A stretch of 64,000 bases of DNA from Candidatus Prevotella avicola (lineage in GTDB: Bacteria > Bacteroidota > Bacteroidia > Bacteroidales > Bacteroidaceae), in contig DXBE01000021.1 of NCBI GenBank assembly GCA_019116685.1, positions 15,457 through 79,456 of the forward strand, given 5' to 3'. Under the pieces are notes generated by a model that worked only from the letters and a program-made list of their open reading frames with translations, did no database searches and had not been told where the DNA came from. The position numbers and the translations under genes were made by a program. Positions 61,121-64,000 of the stretch are shown one piece after another (position 1 is the first letter of the stretch; every line of letters begins with the position of its first letter).

Positions 61121-62251
61121 ATGGATCAGCAAGAAGTGATCAACGCCATCGCGCTATCGAGGTTGAACTATTTTTCCTTGACAGGGTTGTTGCAACTCTA
61201 TCGCACGCTAGGTTCCGCCACCGCCGTGATGGAACATCGGCATGACATCAGGGACGTATTGCCTGATGCCACAGACAGGCTAGTGACCGCGTTGCAAAAT
61301 ACTGACGAGGCATTGAAACGGGCGGAAGTGGAACTCGAATACGACATGAAGTATGGCATCACGCCGCTGCCGCTGAATGACGAGAACTATCCCGACCGTC
61401 TGAGAGATGTGGACGATGCCCCATTGGTGTTGTTCTACAAGGGAAACGCCAACCTCAACCAGCTGCGGGTCATTAATATCGTGGGCACTCGCCATTGCAC
61501 GGTCTATGGGCAGGAGGTTATCGCCCGCTTCATCAGGGAACTGAAGGAACTTTGCCCGCAAGTGCTTATCGTGAGTGGCCTAGCCTATGGCGTGGATATC
61601 CATGCGCATCGTGAAGCCCTGGCCAACGGCTATGAGACCATAGGCGTGTTGGCCCATGGTCTGGACGAACTTTATCCGACCCGCCACAGGGAGACCGCGG
61701 TGCGCATGTTGAAACAAGGCGGACTGTTGACAGAGTTCTTGACGCAAAGCAAGGTTGACAAGATAAACTTCGTGAGGCGTAACCGCATCGTGGCGGGCAT
61801 CAGTGACGCTTGTGTTTTGGTGGAGAGTGCCGCCAAGGGCGGTGGACTGATTACGGCGGGTATCTCACAAAGTTATGGCCGGGAGGTGTTCGCTTTTCCG
61901 GGCAGGTTGGGAGATGTATATTCCGAGGGTTGTAATCGGCTTATCATGAATAATGGTGCTTCCTTGCTGCTCACGGCCAGTGATTTTGCTCAGGCCATGG
62001 GGTGGGAAACGGATATGGCCTTAGGCAAAGCGCGCAAGCAGGGGATAGAAAGGGAAATGTTCCCGGAGTTGAGCGACGAGGAACAGGTTGTGGTGAACGC
62101 ATTGCAGGCGCACAATGACCTGCAGATAAATATGTTGGCCGTACAGGCTAACATTCCTATAGGCAAGTTGACCGCGCTTCTTTTCTCGTTAGAGATGAAA
62201 GGAGTGATAAAGGCCTTGGCGGGAGGCACGTATCATTTGCTGATGCGATAG
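61121..62251 (+). CDS. dprA: DNA-processing protein DprA (Smf)
   Basis: 376 aa. Rossmann-like core VGTRHCTVYG...IVSGLAYGVDIHAHREAL...GGLITAG and a C-terminal winged-helix domain. Confidence 0.9.
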   Translation: MDQQEVINAIALSRLNYFSLTGLLQLYRTLGSATAVMEHRHDIRDVLPDATDRLVTALQNTDEALKRAEVELEYDMKYGITPLPLNDENYPDRLRDVDDAPLVLFYKGNANLNQLRVINIVGTRHCTVYGQEVIARFIRELKELCPQVLIVSGLAYGVDIHAHREALANGYETIGVLAHGLDELYPTRHRETAVRMLKQGGLLTEFLTQSKVDKINFVRRNRIVAGISDACVLVESAAKGGGLITAGISQSYGREVFAFPGRLGDVYSEGCNRLIMNNGASLLLTASDFAQAMGWETDMALGKARKQGIEREMFPELSDEEQVVVNALQAHNDLQINMLAVQANIPIGKLTALLFSLEMKGVIKALAGGTYHLLMR

Positions 62252-62286
62252 TGAGCCATACATTATTAATATATAATATATATGAC

Positions 62287-62793
62287 ATGAAGCAAGCGTT
62301 TTTCTCCTCCCCGATAGGCTTGGTGCGTATTATGGTGGAAAATGGGCATGTTACCCATTTGGAATTCATAGATGAAGAAACGCAGGCCGCTGGTAGTTAT
62401 ACAGCGGAAGCGCAAGCGTGCCCGTGCGTTGACGGGGAAGACGAGCGGGTGGCAATGGAGGCTTTACGGCAATTGGAACAGTATTTCAAGGGGGAGCGCC
62501 GTGATTTCGATTTGCCCCTATGCCCTTTAGGCACTGACTTTCAGCGAAAAGCCTGGCAGGTACTGCGGCAGATTCCCTATGGCGAGACCATCAGCTATGG
62601 GGAACAAGCCCGCAGAATGGGTTGCCCAAAGGGCGCAAGGGCGGTGGGTGGAGCCAATCATCACAATCCCCTCCCCATCCTTATACCCTGCCATCGTGTG
62701 GTGGCAGCGCATGGATTGGGAGGTTATGGAGAAGGTATCGAGCGCAAGAAGTATCTCTTGCGCCTGGAAGGAGCCCTGCCAAAAGAAGATTAG
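62287..62793 (+). CDS. ogt: Methylated-DNA--protein-cysteine methyltransferase
   Basis: The ORF opens with GTG at 62251. The likely ATG is at 62287 (MKQAFFSSPIGLV). Active site IPCHRVV and YGETISYGEQA. Confidence 0.85.
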   Translation: MKQAFFSSPIGLVRIMVENGHVTHLEFIDEETQAAGSYTAEAQACPCVDGEDERVAMEALRQLEQYFKGERRDFDLPLCPLGTDFQRKAWQVLRQIPYGETISYGEQARRMGCPKGARAVGGANHHNPLPILIPCHRVVAAHGLGGYGEGIERKKYLLRLEGALPKED

Positions 62794-63617
62794 TCCGCGG
62801 GGCGTAAGCGCCAAGACAGTTGGTAGAGGCTGGGCAACAGGATGCAGAGCGAGAAGCCCAAGGCCATGAGCATGGTGTGGCTGTCGCCATGGAACAGGTC
62901 AATAAGTTCTCCCTCGGCCGTCCAGGGCATCACATAGAACATCGCATAGGCAACGGTGTTGTTGACCCAGTGGAGCACAATGCCCGGCACAACGCTATGC
63001 GTGCGGTAATACATCCATCCGAGGGCGCATCCCAAGATGAGCGCATGGACGAATTGGGCTATGTTGCCATGCACCAAGCCAAAGAGGAATGCCGAGATGA
63101 AAATGGCCACCCAATGGAGTTTGCCGCCCATTACTTGGAGCAGACGACGCAAGAGGGCACCTCGGAATACGATTTCTTCCACTAGCGGAGCCAAGATGCC
63201 GATGACCAAGTAGCCGGAGGGATTGGACATGATGCCCTGGAAAAGCTGTTCGTAGTTCTCTGGCATAATCACTTGCATTTGCTCATAGAGCCATTGCAAG
63301 GGTAATATGGTGCCCAGCGAGAAGAGAATGACCCACACCAAAGTTCCCCAAGGACGGCTGGCCAGATACGCACGGTCTGTATGCGCCCATTTCAGCAATA
63401 CGAAGATTATCAGCGTGATGACGCTGCTGATGAGGCTGGTGGTGATGACCAGGTCGCTGTAGTCGCCCGTGCCCATGCCCTGCAATAGTTGCTCGAAGGG
63501 CGTGTCGTTGATGGCGGAGTAGATGCCCGCACCCGCCAATTGCACAACGAGTTGCACGACGATGAAGGTGATGACGTAGAGAATGGCGTCAAGAATGCTT
63601 TTTACTACTTTATTCAT
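62790..63617 (-). CDS. CPBP-family intramembrane glutamic endopeptidase (CAAX protease-like)
   Basis: 275 aa, polytopic. Motifs LAPLVEEIVFRGALL, FGLVHGN and VLHWVNN. Confidence 0.85.
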   Translation of the reverse strand: MNKVVKSILDAILYVITFIVVQLVVQLAGAGIYSAINDTPFEQLLQGMGTGDYSDLVITTSLISSVITLIIFVLLKWAHTDRAYLASRPWGTLVWVILFSLGTILPLQWLYEQMQVIMPENYEQLFQGIMSNPSGYLVIGILAPLVEEIVFRGALLRRLLQVMGGKLHWVAIFISAFLFGLVHGNIAQFVHALILGCALGWMYYRTHSVVPGIVLHWVNNTVAYAMFYVMPWTAEGELIDLFHGDSHTMLMALGFSLCILLPSLYQLSWRLRPAD

Positions 63618-64000
63618 AAATCGTTTTCTTTATCAAATTGTTCTTCCACCAGTTTGGCATCCCGTTTCAGCTGATGGGCGAGAGCCTCTGGGGTGGAAAA
63701 TTTTTGTTCGGAACGTATGCGATGGATGAAACTCACTTTGAGTTCCTGTCCATAGAGATTGCCTTGGAAGTTGAAGATGTGTACTTCCAGCGAGAGAGCA
63801 TGCCCCTCGAAAGTGGGCCTGGTGCCGATATTCATCATGCCGTGGAATTGAGTCATTTGGTTGCGCAACATCACCTTCACGGCGTAAACACCAGGGGCGG
63901 GAATCAGTTGGCCATAGTCTGAGGTGTTGATGTTGGCTGTAGGATAACCCAATTTGCGGCCTTCCTGCTGGCCGTGTTCCACCTTTCCCAAAAGTGTATA
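63614..64000 (-). CDS. ribF: Bifunctional riboflavin kinase/FMN adenylyltransferase, C-terminal (riboflavin kinase) part; truncated by the window edge
   Basis: GRKLGYPTANI, GVYAVKV and GMMNIGTRPTF motifs. The reading frame runs to the end of the window. Confidence 0.85.
   Translation of the reverse strand, partial: YTLLGKVEHGQQEGRKLGYPTANINTSDYGQLIPAPGVYAVKVMLRNQMTQFHGMMNIGTRPTFEGHALSLEVHIFNFQGNLYGQELKVSFIHRIRSEQKFSTPEALAHQLKRDAKLVEEQFDKENDL

Noticed and set aside
63646-63670. Second sigma-54-like promoter candidate (TTGGCATCCCGTTTCAG)
   Set aside because: Ten nt downstream of the GG there is CA instead of the required GC. The site also lies inside the ribF coding region on the opposite strand.

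Overview
Bacteroidota (Prevotellaceae-like) chromosomal window. All protein calls come from reading motifs in the supplied ORF translations. No database search was run. 0.7-30.8 kb is a xylan-type polysaccharide utilisation locus (PUL). It holds a divergent hybrid two-component regulator (HTCS), a GH43, and the xus-type arrangement of two tandem SusC/SusD pairs, a XusE-like lipoprotein and a CBM-interrupted GH10 xylanase. These are followed by a 1200-aa GH5-GH43-Ig-like enzyme with a T9SS-type C-terminal domain, and a GH31. Two apparent insertions interrupt the PUL: a strongly AT-rich, translationally coupled SatD/DUF3307 gene pair of unknown function (my top candidate for an undescribed system), and a dinD-like gene. 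At 31-39 kb, an NtrC-type sigma-54 activator and a hybrid HK-HPt kinase flank a sigma-54 promoter matching the consensus core. That promoter appears to drive a monocistronic 60-codon gene for a secreted peptide rich in O-glycosylation sequons. An atypical short sigma-70-family factor and a TonB-dependent receptor follow. 39-64 kb is housekeeping: SpmA/B-like membrane protein, flippase, S46 peptidase, ybeY, coaD, ruvB, dusB, TlpA-like thioredoxin, DEAD-box helicase, LOG-family protein, FprA, PfkB kinase, AEC transporter, M16 peptidase, WbqC, S26 paralog, lepB, dapB, thioesterase, DUF2851, dprA, ogt, CPBP protease and partial ribF. The intergenic DNA is unusually structured. A MITE-like hairpin family (core TGTAGAGACGCATTCTTGCGTCTC) occurs at eight or more sites, including a 2.5-unit tandem array in the PUL control region. 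Six independent short tandem arrays have exact 21- or 22-bp periods. I saw no rRNA, tRNA, CRISPR, transposase or integrase genes.
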